Shown here piece after piece: positions 47,001 to 55,718 of a stretch of 64,000 bases of DNA (position 1 is the stretch's first letter; every line of letters starts with the position of its first letter). The notes under the pieces were generated by a model, which was not told where the DNA came from, did not search any database, and was given only the letters and a program-made list of their open reading frames with translations. The translations under genes and the position numbers were made by a program. The stretch lies in IMG/VR virus record IMGVR_UViG_3300036802_000013, positions 306-64,305 of that record. The stretch is one strand, 5' to 3'. This DNA comes from a virus.

Positions 47001-49400
47001 AATGCAGGTAACATCATCGCAGGTACTCTAGATGCGTCAAAAGCGAAGATAGTTAACATAGATGCGGGAGCTATTACAGCAGGCATATTAAACGCAGCTC
47101 GTATCGCAGCGGGTACGGTTACGGCGGACAAGTTACATGTATTAGCGAAAAGTCTCGTAGCCAATACCTCGATTACTGGGAACGATTCGACAGGATGGAG
47201 CGTATCTAAACATGCGTCGTCTACGGTAGCATTGCGTGGTTCGGCGAATATGGGCGACGTACTCGTACATGGATTCACTACGGCAGACCACGACGTACCG
47301 ACACTGTATGACTCGACCATGTTCGAGGTAGACCCGAACCAAACGTATAAATTCAATATCGGCATGTTCTTAGACAAGAATAACCGAGACGCATCGCAAT
47401 ACTTCGGATTCAAAGCGTATGACAAGAACGGCGTGGAGCTAGCAGTACAGCCAATAAATCCAACTACGGGCGCACTATCGGGTACACCTCGTACAAATCC
47501 GTATTTTTGGAGCGGGAAAGAAGTGTCCGCATCGTGGCGCTCAATGGAAGGCTATGTACTATCATCGCAAGCAGGTGGAAACGAAGCGCCGCAAGGTCGC
47601 AACATACAGTCGTCTTACATCATGCACCCAGCTACGAAGTTCATACGTATGCGTTTCTATAGCGGTTATTACCCTACTGTTAAAAACGTCGCTATGGAAG
47701 TGTTATGGCATTCACCTTCGGTTACTACAGTAGATAGTGGACTATTCACAGCAGACCGTATCACAGCGGGAACTATCGACGCTAGCAAGATTAATGTACT
47801 TAATGTAAATGCGGGAAATGTTAATACAGGTACGTTAGATGCGAATAAGGTTAATGTAACTAACCTAAAAGCGCAAAACATCGTATCGGGTACGCTAGAC
47901 GCATCGAAGGTAACAGTCGCTAACTTATCGGCAAGTGTGCTACAGGCGGGTATCATCGACGCAAGTAAAGTTACTATCAATAACTTAGATGCTTCGAAGA
48001 TTACAGCAGGTACACTAAGCGCAGATAAAATCAAAGGCGGAACTATCGACGCTAACAACGTTACGATACTTAACTTAAACGCAGGCAATATCGTAGCAGG
48101 TACGTTAGATGCGAGCAAGGTTACAATCGCTAACCTTACGGCTAATGTTATCTCTTCGGGTACGTTGGATGCAGCGAAAGTTACTGTATCAAATCTAAGT
48201 GCAAGTGTAATTCAGACAGGCGTATTAGATGCGGCAAAGGTGCAGGTTAACAACCTAAGTGCGGCTAAGATCACCTCGGGAACAATGAGCGCCGACCGTA
48301 TCACAGGCGGAACTATCGACGCTACTAAAGTAGCCGTTACGAATCTAAATGCGGCTAACATCAACTCGGGAACACTTAACGCAGATAAGGTTACGATATC
48401 TAACGGTAAAGTAGCGATTAACGGCGCAGGCGTAACCGTATCAGATGCGGACTTCTTAGTAAAAGATGCAAAGACAGGATTCACACACTCTATGCAATCG
48501 CAGACGAATCTAATTAGTGACCACTCTTTCGAGTTACTAACGACTACGGGCAACATATCCGAGCAAATCTACAGACCGATAGACCCTACGTATGTCAATA
48601 AGAACGCTATCGACGGGTGGATGACAGTAGGGACGCCGATGATTACCGATGGCTATACTACCGATGCACCAGACGATGCGGCGGCGTACGGTCGTAAGGC
48701 GGTTCGTTGTAATATAAACAACTACATGTGGACGGACTTCCCTGCAAAGGCTGGGAAACAGTATACCATTTCGTTCTACTCTAGTAAGCCGTATTACCTA
48801 GCAACTACAGCCGCACCACAGGTGGCAGTCGAATATATGAAAGCAGGTATCTTAGTTAGCTCGGAAGTAAAGAACTTCGCACAACCGCCTACACCAGTAG
48901 GTCAGTATGTTAGATATGGCTTTACAGTAACAGCGCCAGCAGGACTAAACGACGAAAGAGATAACCGCATTCGCTTACGTTTCCGTACGAATAACTACGA
49001 CTTCCTTATGTATGACGGAATCCAAGCAGTACAAGGAAGCACAGCCGTTCCGTATGATTCGGAAGATAGTCTCTTTATGATGTCAAACAATCGACTAACG
49101 CCCGTACGTATGCAGCTTCGAAATCTTAACATGCAAGGTAACACTCGTATCGAAGGCGGCGGGCTAAGTATCGCAGGTCAGAACATAAACGGCGTAGGGT
49201 TCGAGATGTCCGAGATTCTTCGAATGTGGGGCAAGCCTATCGAAGTTCGAGGCAGCCACGTAAGCGCCGTCGGATTCCAAAGCGCAGATTCTCGCCCCGC
49301 TGGGGTCGATAGAATGATGTGGATAGGGTGGCACGATGATGCAGGAAACGCAATATACGTGCATATCGGCGGCTCATGGAAAGTAGCAGTTAGGCTGTAA
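44061..49400 (+). CDS. Tail-associated hub / tail fibre (Tal) with coiled-coil, beta-repeat and CBM-like segments
   Basis: N-terminal prophage endopeptidase-like domain, KADAA repeats, ~20-aa I.AGT.DA.K..V.NL repeats. Confidence 0.88.
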   Translation: MIIVTDKYQRAKTILSNSSPKALGYFGDKHREQLDGLLTYEFSTLASHPSAEHLVAGNSVIVRNLDKALMKFQILRTEEEQEDGKYVKRVYAENSAVGDLHGVVVKGTLLKSIGLEQAATHALQGTGWTLGRVEYAGLKDVDFSEYPTALAALYKIRDIYDLELEFSVHFDGVKVREQFVHFVKRRGQNTRKRFTYGKDLKGVTREEDRTDLVTALVGVGKADEEGNRLTFADYEAMHGGYWKPKGQDWVGDDEALQKYGNNGKHIFGRFELSSVDNVYELLDKTAAELKKVCKPRMTYTVSVILLERLTKYEHEKVRLGDTIIVKDTTFEPALLVEARVLELIRSYTDPSEDSVLLGEFVPIFVDKNRQIEAIQQQINSNIAKWEAKGETVIKSVNEPTNKTPDMLWLDLNLEPNVMKRWDATAKRWVKASATTAEEIGAETPTGAQKKADKAQDNAAQDATDKANSAIDTASKDATNKANQAKDDAVQIAGEDATNKADAAEEAAKSYADGVVESVEASMKEHAEQVAKNAEDSAKLFTESYAEKELFIGDTAPADTTRLWIDTTKKLNVLKRYNPITKVWDAATPTTAGEVGAETPAEAQKKADAAKSAAEAAAKKYTDGIQVTVDENAKKYAEERAKAAEDAAKVFTESYAQKEIKVQNTTPTDTTVLWLDTTKAPNIMKRYDPSTSKWVNASPTSAAELGAETPEGAKVKADAAQAAALAAAKTDAQTKADAAKQAAITAAAADAATKSDAAKAAAIADAKVKADAAQAAAIKEAQAQAAAAEEAAKAHADGIVTAEEQARITQADANLAAAKKEAADKAAAAETAAKAAAALDAKSKADAAQAAAAKDASTKADAAQAAAAKDAQTKADAAREAAKTAAAIDAAAKADAAKAAAIADAQVKADAAKNAAIAAAATDAKTKADAAQKAATDRANAVETSVKDFASNAGNITQGTIAADRLYGGTIDAQKANIVNINAGNIIAGTLDASKAKIVNIDAGAITAGILNAARIAAGTVTADKLHVLAKSLVANTSITGNDSTGWSVSKHASSTVALRGSANMGDVLVHGFTTADHDVPTLYDSTMFEVDPNQTYKFNIGMFLDKNNRDASQYFGFKAYDKNGVELAVQPINPTTGALSGTPRTNPYFWSGKEVSASWRSMEGYVLSSQAGGNEAPQGRNIQSSYIMHPATKFIRMRFYSGYYPTVKNVAMEVLWHSPSVTTVDSGLFTADRITAGTIDASKINVLNVNAGNVNTGTLDANKVNVTNLKAQNIVSGTLDASKVTVANLSASVLQAGIIDASKVTINNLDASKITAGTLSADKIKGGTIDANNVTILNLNAGNIVAGTLDASKVTIANLTANVISSGTLDAAKVTVSNLSASVIQTGVLDAAKVQVNNLSAAKITSGTMSADRITGGTIDATKVAVTNLNAANINSGTLNADKVTISNGKVAINGAGVTVSDADFLVKDAKTGFTHSMQSQTNLISDHSFELLTTTGNISEQIYRPIDPTYVNKNAIDGWMTVGTPMITDGYTTDAPDDAAAYGRKAVRCNINNYMWTDFPAKAGKQYTISFYSSKPYYLATTAAPQVAVEYMKAGILVSSEVKNFAQPPTPVGQYVRYGFTVTAPAGLNDERDNRIRLRFRTNNYDFLMYDGIQAVQGSTAVPYDSEDSLFMMSNNRLTPVRMQLRNLNMQGNTRIEGGGLSIAGQNINGVGFEMSEILRMWGKPIEVRGSHVSAVGFQSADSRPAGVDRMMWIGWHDDAGNAIYVHIGGSWKVAVRL

Positions 49401-49465
49401 AACAAACGGGCTAGCGTCTACATAGGGCGCTAGTACCTCAACAAAAACTAGGAGGATACAAATAT

Positions 49466-50119
49466 ATGAAACTACAAACAGAAATGCAAGAAGATAGCAC
49501 GATGAAAATACCCGAAGAGATTATACGCAGAGCAGGCGTACTAGTAAATGCGGAAATGGAAATAGAAGGCGAGCCGTCGGGTACAATCACGATTCGACCT
49601 AAAGTACAGCGCCGTGATTTCTGTCAATCATGTTTTAAAACGATATCAACAATTAACTGGACGGGGATTCGTATATGCCGTGAATGCTATGCGAAAATTA
49701 CGGGTCGTGTGTGGGTTGACCTTACGCCCGAACAACTCGCAGCAATTACTAAGAACGAGCCGAAACGATTACGTAACTATGTCGTGTATGAGCAGTTACG
49801 TGAGCTAGACGATATCGAGCGATTATATGGAGAGCCACTACCTTACGACGAGCTGTATTGGTTTATTCGATTACGTAACCGTACGCCTATGGGAATGGTA
49901 CACGGTGACTACGCAGACATGTACGAAGATTTAGTGCCGTCGCTAGATAAGCGAGAGAAAGATCGTATAGCAGCGCTAGAAGTATTCAGCGATAAATATC
50001 GACTCGACTACAGAGGCGCACGGGATTACGACTCGTTCGGAATCTCTACATATCTAAACTGGAGACTATCAGAAGTCGAGCTTAAAGAGCTACGTCAAAT
50101 CATGGGAGGTAAAGCATAA
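49466..50119 (+). CDS. AbrB-like N-terminal domain plus CxxC/CxxC protein
   Basis: MKIPEEI....G...EI...ITIRP, CQSC, CREC. Confidence 0.55.
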   Translation: MKLQTEMQEDSTMKIPEEIIRRAGVLVNAEMEIEGEPSGTITIRPKVQRRDFCQSCFKTISTINWTGIRICRECYAKITGRVWVDLTPEQLAAITKNEPKRLRNYVVYEQLRELDDIERLYGEPLPYDELYWFIRLRNRTPMGMVHGDYADMYEDLVPSLDKREKDRIAALEVFSDKYRLDYRGARDYDSFGISTYLNWRLSEVELKELRQIMGGKA

Positions 50120-50322
50120 TGTCACAAATTCACGTAAATGTCAATCACGAGAATATCCGTAACGAAATGGCGATTCAAATAGCATCATTAGTAACCGAAA
50201 AGGCGATTCTAGCCGAGCAAGTGCGAGTACTCGCTACTGAAAAGCTACAGCTAGAAGAGGCGCTACGACAAGCGTATAGCCCAATAGAAGCGAGCGCACC
50301 CGAAGTAATCGAGGCGCAATAG
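50119..50322 (+). CDS. Small coiled-coil protein
   Basis: TAATG coupling; RBS GGAGG. Confidence 0.6.
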   Translation: MSQIHVNVNHENIRNEMAIQIASLVTEKAILAEQVRVLATEKLQLEEALRQAYSPIEASAPEVIEAQ

Positions 50323-50358
50323 CAATAATATGACAGGATGCGAAAGGAGGTGCGAAGC

Positions 50359-50712
50359 ATGAGCGCAGAGAACACAGCGAAAACGCTAGAGGATGTTATA
50401 CGAGAGCATCAGCAAATCAGAAGAGAGTTACAGGAGGTTAAGCGCAAGGCAGAGTTTGCGGACAAGAACGCAGACCACGCACACAAACGTATCGAAGTAT
50501 TAGAGCGTCGTATGGACGATATTAGCAGAATGTTAGATTCTATCGACAAATCGGTCGTAGTACAAGGCGAGCGCATTACGAGTTTCGATTCTAAGCAAGA
50601 TACATTCCTTTCGAATCAATGGCAGCTTATTAAGTATCTACTACTCTTACTAGCGGGAATTATTACGATTCTAGGGGGCATCGTGGGCGTTAAGATTACT
50701 ATTCCGATTTAG
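50359..50712 (+). CDS. XhlA-like lysis membrane protein
   Basis: Coiled coil plus C-terminal TM, upstream of the endolysin. Confidence 0.65.
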   Translation: MSAENTAKTLEDVIREHQQIRRELQEVKRKAEFADKNADHAHKRIEVLERRMDDISRMLDSIDKSVVVQGERITSFDSKQDTFLSNQWQLIKYLLLLLAGIITILGGIVGVKITIPI

Positions 50713-50716
50713 TACA

Positions 50717-50745
50717 CCAAGAATGCGAAGGGGTTGCGCCTAGAG
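50717..50745 (+). promoter_or_regulatory. Phage-specific promoter motif upstream of the endolysin
   Basis: ccaa-N15-gcgcctagag. Confidence 0.7.
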
Positions 50746-50799
50746 AAGCGAAGGGGCGCTACGGCGTAGCCCTTACAACAAACAACAGGGGGAAATTAA

Positions 50800-51585
50800 A
50801 TGACGGACGAGCTAGTAGTATTAGATGCAGGACACGGCGCACACGACAGCGGTGCAGTAGGTAACGGATTAATGGAGAAAGAGCGTGCCTTAACGTTAAC
50901 TAAGATGGTAGATGAAGAGCTACGAGCTAACGGTGTAAGCACATACCTTACTCGCTCGACAGATGTATTCGTTACATTATCGGGACGTGCAGCAGTAGCA
51001 AACCAAAAAGGCGCAAAAGTATTCGTATCATTCCACTTAAACAGCGGCGGCGGTACAGGTTACGAATCATTCGTATACTTAACTATCGACGGGAAGACAC
51101 AACGCTTACAGGACTTACTGCATGCGGAGGCTATGAAGGTATTAGCGCCTTTAGGATTCAAAGACCGAGGCAAGAAGAAAGCAGACCTTGCGGTAGTTCG
51201 TGAGACTCATATGCCAGCAGTACTAACGGAAAACGGATTTATCGACAATGCGACAGACATGTCACATATCCGTCAAGACGCAGTACTACGCAAATTAGCG
51301 AAGGCTTATGCGAAAGCTATCTGTACTTACTTAGGTAAAGGATTCAACGAAGGCGGCGGCAGCACAGGCGGCTCAACTGGTGGAGACGGACGTTTAGGCG
51401 TTATCTACATTACAGGCACTAACGTTAACTTACGTGATAAGCCTAGCACAAGCAGCAACGTACTTCGTAAGTTAAACGCACCAGAGTCTTACATCGTGTG
51501 GGCTATCGAGAACGGCTGGTACAACTTAGGCGGTAATCAGTGGGTTTACGGCGACCCTTCGTACACTCGTTTCGAGCGTGCATAA
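50800..51585 (+). CDS. Endolysin, N-acetylmuramoyl-L-alanine amidase (Amidase_3 plus SH3b)
   Basis: LDAGHG.D.GA, SFH.N, L.E.GFIDN; Gly linker; NVNLR..PS...GW...GG.QWV. Confidence 0.93.
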   Translation: MTDELVVLDAGHGAHDSGAVGNGLMEKERALTLTKMVDEELRANGVSTYLTRSTDVFVTLSGRAAVANQKGAKVFVSFHLNSGGGTGYESFVYLTIDGKTQRLQDLLHAEAMKVLAPLGFKDRGKKKADLAVVRETHMPAVLTENGFIDNATDMSHIRQDAVLRKLAKAYAKAICTYLGKGFNEGGGSTGGSTGGDGRLGVIYITGTNVNLRDKPSTSSNVLRKLNAPESYIVWAIENGWYNLGGNQWVYGDPSYTRFERA

Positions 51586-51606
51586 GAAAGGAGAAAAGGA
51601 TCACAT

Positions 51607-51849
51607 ATGAAAGCACATGCTAAAGAACTAGCAAAACGCTTTCTGAATAAGGGTACACTATTAGCGGTGGCGGCGCTCGCTGTAAAGCAGGCGCTAGCCG
51701 CTGGGTATATCCCGACGCAGGAAGTAGCAGACAGTATTCTAACGGTCGTAGACTGGGCGCTTAATGCGGCAATGATGGCTGGGTTTATCAATAACGCAGG
51801 TATCGGCGCAGGCTTCCGAGACGTACCGAAAGAACAGCCGCAAGGCTAA
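51607..51849 (+). CDS. Holin
   Basis: 80 aa, two hydrophobic segments, after the endolysin. Confidence 0.7.
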   Translation: MKAHAKELAKRFLNKGTLLAVAALAVKQALAAGYIPTQEVADSILTVVDWALNAAMMAGFINNAGIGAGFRDVPKEQPQG

Positions 51850-51858
51850 AAGAAGACA

Positions 51859-51900
51859 GAAAAAAGCCCCTACGCCAACGAAACGTAAGGGCTTGTCTTT
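51859..51900. terminator. Bidirectional intrinsic terminator
   Basis: A run, agcccctacg-loop-cgtaagggct hairpin, T-rich tail. Confidence 0.75.
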
Positions 51901-52050
51901 TATAAACGAAAGAGTATTAATACATGCGTTCTACAGCAGCTTGCGAGCTAATAAAAACACACGAACATTTTGTATCCACAGCGAAAATTCTAAATACGAA
52001 AAGGTAATTCGTTATTTTATTTGCGCCGTAGAACCGCTGTATTAACTTAC
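51860..52050 (-). ncRNA. Candidate multi-target antisense sRNA
   Basis: Minus promoter TTGCAA (52086) -18- TGcTATACT (52062), long closing stem, terminator, no substantial ORF; four 13-15-nt matches to gene leaders. Confidence 0.6.
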
Positions 52051-52126
52051 ATACGTAGTATAGCATACCCTATCCGCCTATTGCAACGGTTAATTTCTCT
52101 ACTTATATTGTAGTACGTGAAATTAT

Positions 52127-52237
52127 TTACGCAGTCAGCGGAAAATAGTTGTTGACATATTCAAATTGTCAGCGTAACATAGAAAACGTAGACAACGAGC
52201 TACACAGCGAAACTAAAAACGAAAGAGGTTATTAACT
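52127..52237 (+). promoter_or_regulatory. Operators, SigA promoter and conserved cassette leader
   Basis: TTACGC-N5-GCGGAA 52127; TTGACA-17-TAACAT; TGACA-N9-TGTCA; hairpin 52188-52203. Confidence 0.75.
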
Positions 52238-52435
52238 ATGTCATTACCAATTGATTACGCAACTATCATCTTCTTCACGGGGGCTATCTCATGTTTAGCG
52301 GGTCTAGTCTTCGGATTACTTGCGAAAGACTACTATATCAGTGCGAAACACAAGGCGAAAGAAGATGCGAACATGCAACAGACTAAAAAGTACTACGCAT
52401 CTAAAGGCTTACAAAGTTACTACGAAGGGCGCTAA
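52238..52435 (+). CDS. Single-TM small protein
   Basis: Conserved RBS; terminator follows. Confidence 0.65.
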   Translation: MSLPIDYATIIFFTGAISCLAGLVFGLLAKDYYISAKHKAKEDANMQQTKKYYASKGLQSYYEGR

Positions 52436-52687
52436 CAGCGCTCTTTTTTTTATGCGCATAAAAAGAACATTTGTACGGACATCAGACGACGCTTACTACG
52501 AGCGTCTTTTTTATTTGCATCGAAACTACTAAACGCTAATAGGTTCGTTTTGCGACGCCCAGCAGGTCGATAGCGAGCGCTTAACCGTCGTCTAGTAGAT
52601 TAGTACTCTATCAGTTTACTAAACGAAAAAGAGCGCCCTACGTATCTTAAACGTAAAAGCGCCCTGCAAAAAGTTTCTATTAGCCTA

Positions 52688-53065
52688 TTGACTTATACAA
52701 GCTATTAGTATATTATTAGGTTAGTTGTTAGTTACGCAACAAGCGGAACAACAAAAAGAAAAATAGCTCGCTAGTGATTGACGGTCACTATGATGCGAGC
52801 TAAATAACATAGACGTAACACAAAGCGCCTTGACAAGCGCTGAAAGAATCGTTTTGACGGACGATTCATAAAAATTATCTAACAACAATATACCATACAT
52901 ACGAACACGACGCAATATAGGTTTATTAAATATTACCATATTTTTTATGTGTCGATTCATGTACATTATTGGTACATTATAGTAGATAATTAAATACGCT
53001 TAATACGAGCGCTTTGTGTTGCCATCGAAAGGGAGATTCTTTTTATGTCAATTCAAGGCGCTTTT
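52688..53065. promoter_or_regulatory. rep leader with putative antisense or attenuation control
   Basis: TTGACT..TATTAT promoter; minus-oriented terminator 52753-52803; alternative pairings of 52817-52833 with 53009-53020 or 53054-53065. Confidence 0.5.
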
Positions 53066-54073
53066 TATATGAACGAATACGACGAGCTTAAACAGTTCGA
53101 AACGAAAGAGGAAATGAACGAATTAGTAAAGGCGGTACGTTACCACTTTGCAGACGAACTAAATACGACAGCATTAGCGGTACTAGATTACGTATCACAG
53201 TACGCAGTAACGGTTTTAGGAGTTGCTAAACTAAAAGTAAAAACTATCGCAGACGCTATCGGAAAGAGTGTGCGTACAATTAACTACGTAACAAAACGTC
53301 TACATGATCTATCTATTTTAACTAAGGTCGAAACGACTAGAAAAGTTAAAGGCGGAGACGGCGCAAACGTGTATGTAATTAACGCAAATTCTATCACTGA
53401 AAAGCAGGAAGTTGCAGAGGGTTTGCAGGGGGATTGCAGTGCGGGTATTGCAGTGCGACCAGTAAGCGAAACACCTACGGAGAGTAAGGCGGAAGAGGCG
53501 AAAGTGGAAAATGAAACTCTTTACTCTCTTAAACCCCTTCCTAAAACCCTTAATAAAACATTAAAAGATATCGAAAAGAATAATAATACTAATCTAGTTA
53601 AGAGTATAGAACTAGAGGACGAGCCATTATTCGCAGATACTAACAAGTTTTTACGAATCGCTTACGCTGGATTAACTAGCGTTGAAGGTAATCAAATTAC
53701 TAAAAGACTAGTAACAGCGTTCAAGAAGTCAGAGCTTTCTATGTCTACTAAGTGGACTCTACAAGAATACTGCGCACAAAACGAAGACTTTGCTAAAGAA
53801 CTAGGCGAGCGTGTAAGCCTATGTGTACGTAAACACCGTAACGGAGATATTGACACAACGTTATATGGCTATATCTATACAGCAGCAGTTAAATACTTTA
53901 AAGACCACGTAACGCTAGTAGAAGGCAAGCTAACGGAATCTAACGAAGAGGTAGACTTTATGGCATCACCGTTCACACAACGCATTCTAAGCGCTAAGAT
54001 TGAGCGCCCTGTATCATTCGTAGCACCTTTACATAGCACTATCGAAATCAATAACGACGAGTTACCGTGGTAA
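53045..54073 (+). CDS. Plasmid-type HTH replication initiator (Rep-like)
   Basis: wHTH TIADAIGKS.RTI....K.L ... G.GANVY; adjacent to parMR. Confidence 0.7.
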   Translation: MSIQGAFYMNEYDELKQFETKEEMNELVKAVRYHFADELNTTALAVLDYVSQYAVTVLGVAKLKVKTIADAIGKSVRTINYVTKRLHDLSILTKVETTRKVKGGDGANVYVINANSITEKQEVAEGLQGDCSAGIAVRPVSETPTESKAEEAKVENETLYSLKPLPKTLNKTLKDIEKNNNTNLVKSIELEDEPLFADTNKFLRIAYAGLTSVEGNQITKRLVTAFKKSELSMSTKWTLQEYCAQNEDFAKELGERVSLCVRKHRNGDIDTTLYGYIYTAAVKYFKDHVTLVEGKLTESNEEVDFMASPFTQRILSAKIERPVSFVAPLHSTIEINNDELPW

Positions 54074-54240
54074 ACGGATAACATCTGATAACTTTCGCTA
54101 ACTATCGACAAAAGGTACATAACGGTATTTAGCGAAAGTTAATAACGAATATGATTTAAGCGCTTGACGAAATTAACGATACGTAGTATTATTTACTTAA
54201 CGTTGATATTCCACAGCGGAAGTTAACAGAACATAATATT
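54070..54240. promoter_or_regulatory. Putative centromere (parC) and parM promoter
   Basis: TAAC half-sites at ~10-bp spacing; 13-bp inverted repeat TAACTTTCGCTAA / TTAGCGAAAGTTA. Confidence 0.5.
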
Positions 54241-54266
54241 TGATAATTGAATAGGGGGAACTACAT

Positions 54267-55295
54267 ATGACAGTTTATGTAGGCGTTGAAGCAGCAAACT
54301 CTTTCGTAAAGGCAGCGACGGTAAACGAAGAGCTATGCTACCTAAACACGTTAAGAAGAGTTGAATCATTCGAGGACACTGCGGGACTTACGACATACTC
54401 ATACGAGGGTGTTAACTACATCATCGGCGAAGAGGACGGCGTAAGTAGTAGCGCACGTAATGATGACCGTTATGCAAGCGCAGGCTACCGTACAGAGACG
54501 ATGTTAGCAGTTGCTCAATTGGTTAACGATGGTGACGAGGTAGTACTAGGTACAGGTTTACCGAGCGAAGACTACAAGAAAGAAGATAATCACAAGCGAG
54601 CGAAACGCAACCTAATCGGAACACATACGGTACGAATCGGAAACGAAGAGAAGACGTTTACTGTAGTACGTGTGTATACACCTATGCAGCCTATCGGCTC
54701 AGTAGTTAATCGTATTTACGACTATAACCTTACTATCCGTAACGGCATGGAATGGGAGCGAAACGCACGCAAGCTAGTAGTAGATATCGGATTCGGTACG
54801 ACTGACGTAGCGGAAGTTAAAGGCTTACGTACAATTCGTTACGATGGCGTACAAGTCGGAATGATGGAAGCAAACCGCATCATTAAGGACGAGCTAACGA
54901 AGCGAGGCGCTACAGGTATAGTGTCATTCTTGCACATGGATTACCTGCTGCGACATGCTAAGATAGAAACGGCTAAAGACGAATTTACAGGCAAAGAGAT
55001 TCCGACGAAGGTAACAATAGAAACAGGCGGTAAAGAGTACGAGATTAAAGAACTTATGGAGCAGGCACTAGAGTACACAGCACGATTAATTATGCAGCGT
55101 GTAGACAATCTAGGGTACGTCCTAAAGGGTTACGATATGGTTTTATTCACAGGCGGCAGCTTACTAGCTCTACACGGCTACATTAAGCCTTACTTAGAGG
55201 GCGTTAATACAAAAGCCGAGCAAGGAGCGCAAACAGCTAACGCCAAAGGGTACGCTAAATATGCGATGATTCAAGACGCAAAAGCAGTAGCTTAA
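54267..55295 (+). CDS. parM: ParM/StbA-like actin segregation ATPase
   Basis: TGLP, QP.G, VDIGFGTTD, FTGGS, ANAKGY. Confidence 0.85.
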   Translation: MTVYVGVEAANSFVKAATVNEELCYLNTLRRVESFEDTAGLTTYSYEGVNYIIGEEDGVSSSARNDDRYASAGYRTETMLAVAQLVNDGDEVVLGTGLPSEDYKKEDNHKRAKRNLIGTHTVRIGNEEKTFTVVRVYTPMQPIGSVVNRIYDYNLTIRNGMEWERNARKLVVDIGFGTTDVAEVKGLRTIRYDGVQVGMMEANRIIKDELTKRGATGIVSFLHMDYLLRHAKIETAKDEFTGKEIPTKVTIETGGKEYEIKELMEQALEYTARLIMQRVDNLGYVLKGYDMVLFTGGSLLALHGYIKPYLEGVNTKAEQGAQTANAKGYAKYAMIQDAKAVA

Positions 55296-55309
55296 TAGGG
55301 GGTTAACTT

Positions 55310-55594
55310 ATGGCACTAAAGCAGCACGGATTCAAGTTGGACTTAGACAAGCCCGAAGAAATCGAGATTAACGAATTTTTACAAGGCAAGCCGACTACTT
55401 ACATCGTGGTCGAAGCTATGAAACTTTATGTACGCACAGAGAAAGCCAAGCAAGCGGCGATAGATACTATGATAGGAAACATGCAGGCGGGTCTTTTCTC
55501 GCCAGCAGGAGGGCAGCAGGCGGCGTCAAACAACGTCCCAGCACCGCAGCACCAGCCTAGAGCTACCGACGCAATTAAAGAATTTGATATGTAA
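55310..55594 (+). CDS. ParR-like adaptor (RHH)
   Basis: Small gene after parM; beta-helix-helix N-terminus, low-complexity tail. Confidence 0.65.
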   Translation: MALKQHGFKLDLDKPEEIEINEFLQGKPTTYIVVEAMKLYVRTEKAKQAAIDTMIGNMQAGLFSPAGGQQAASNNVPAPQHQPRATDAIKEFDM

Positions 55595-55658
55595 TACAGG
55601 GCGACCCTAACGGGCGCTCTTTTTTTATGGCGATACTTCGGTATCGTCTTTTTTTATG

Positions 55659-55687
55659 CCCAAATATCGAAGCTGCTGCGCCTAGAG
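55659..55687 (+). promoter_or_regulatory. Phage-specific promoter motif
   Basis: ccca-N15-gcgcctagag. Confidence 0.65.
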
Positions 55688-55718
55688 CCATGAATCAAAT
55701 TGACGGGAGGGGTGCAGG

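Noticed and set aside
46900-48400. Diversity-generating retroelement in the tail fibre repeats
   Set aside because: No reverse transcriptase and no adenine-specific TR/VR pair; repeats are at protein level
39256-48556. Long minus-strand ORFs within the TMP and tail fibre
   Set aside because: Shadow frames caused by Ala-rich codon usage; the same applies to most short antisense ORFs in the track
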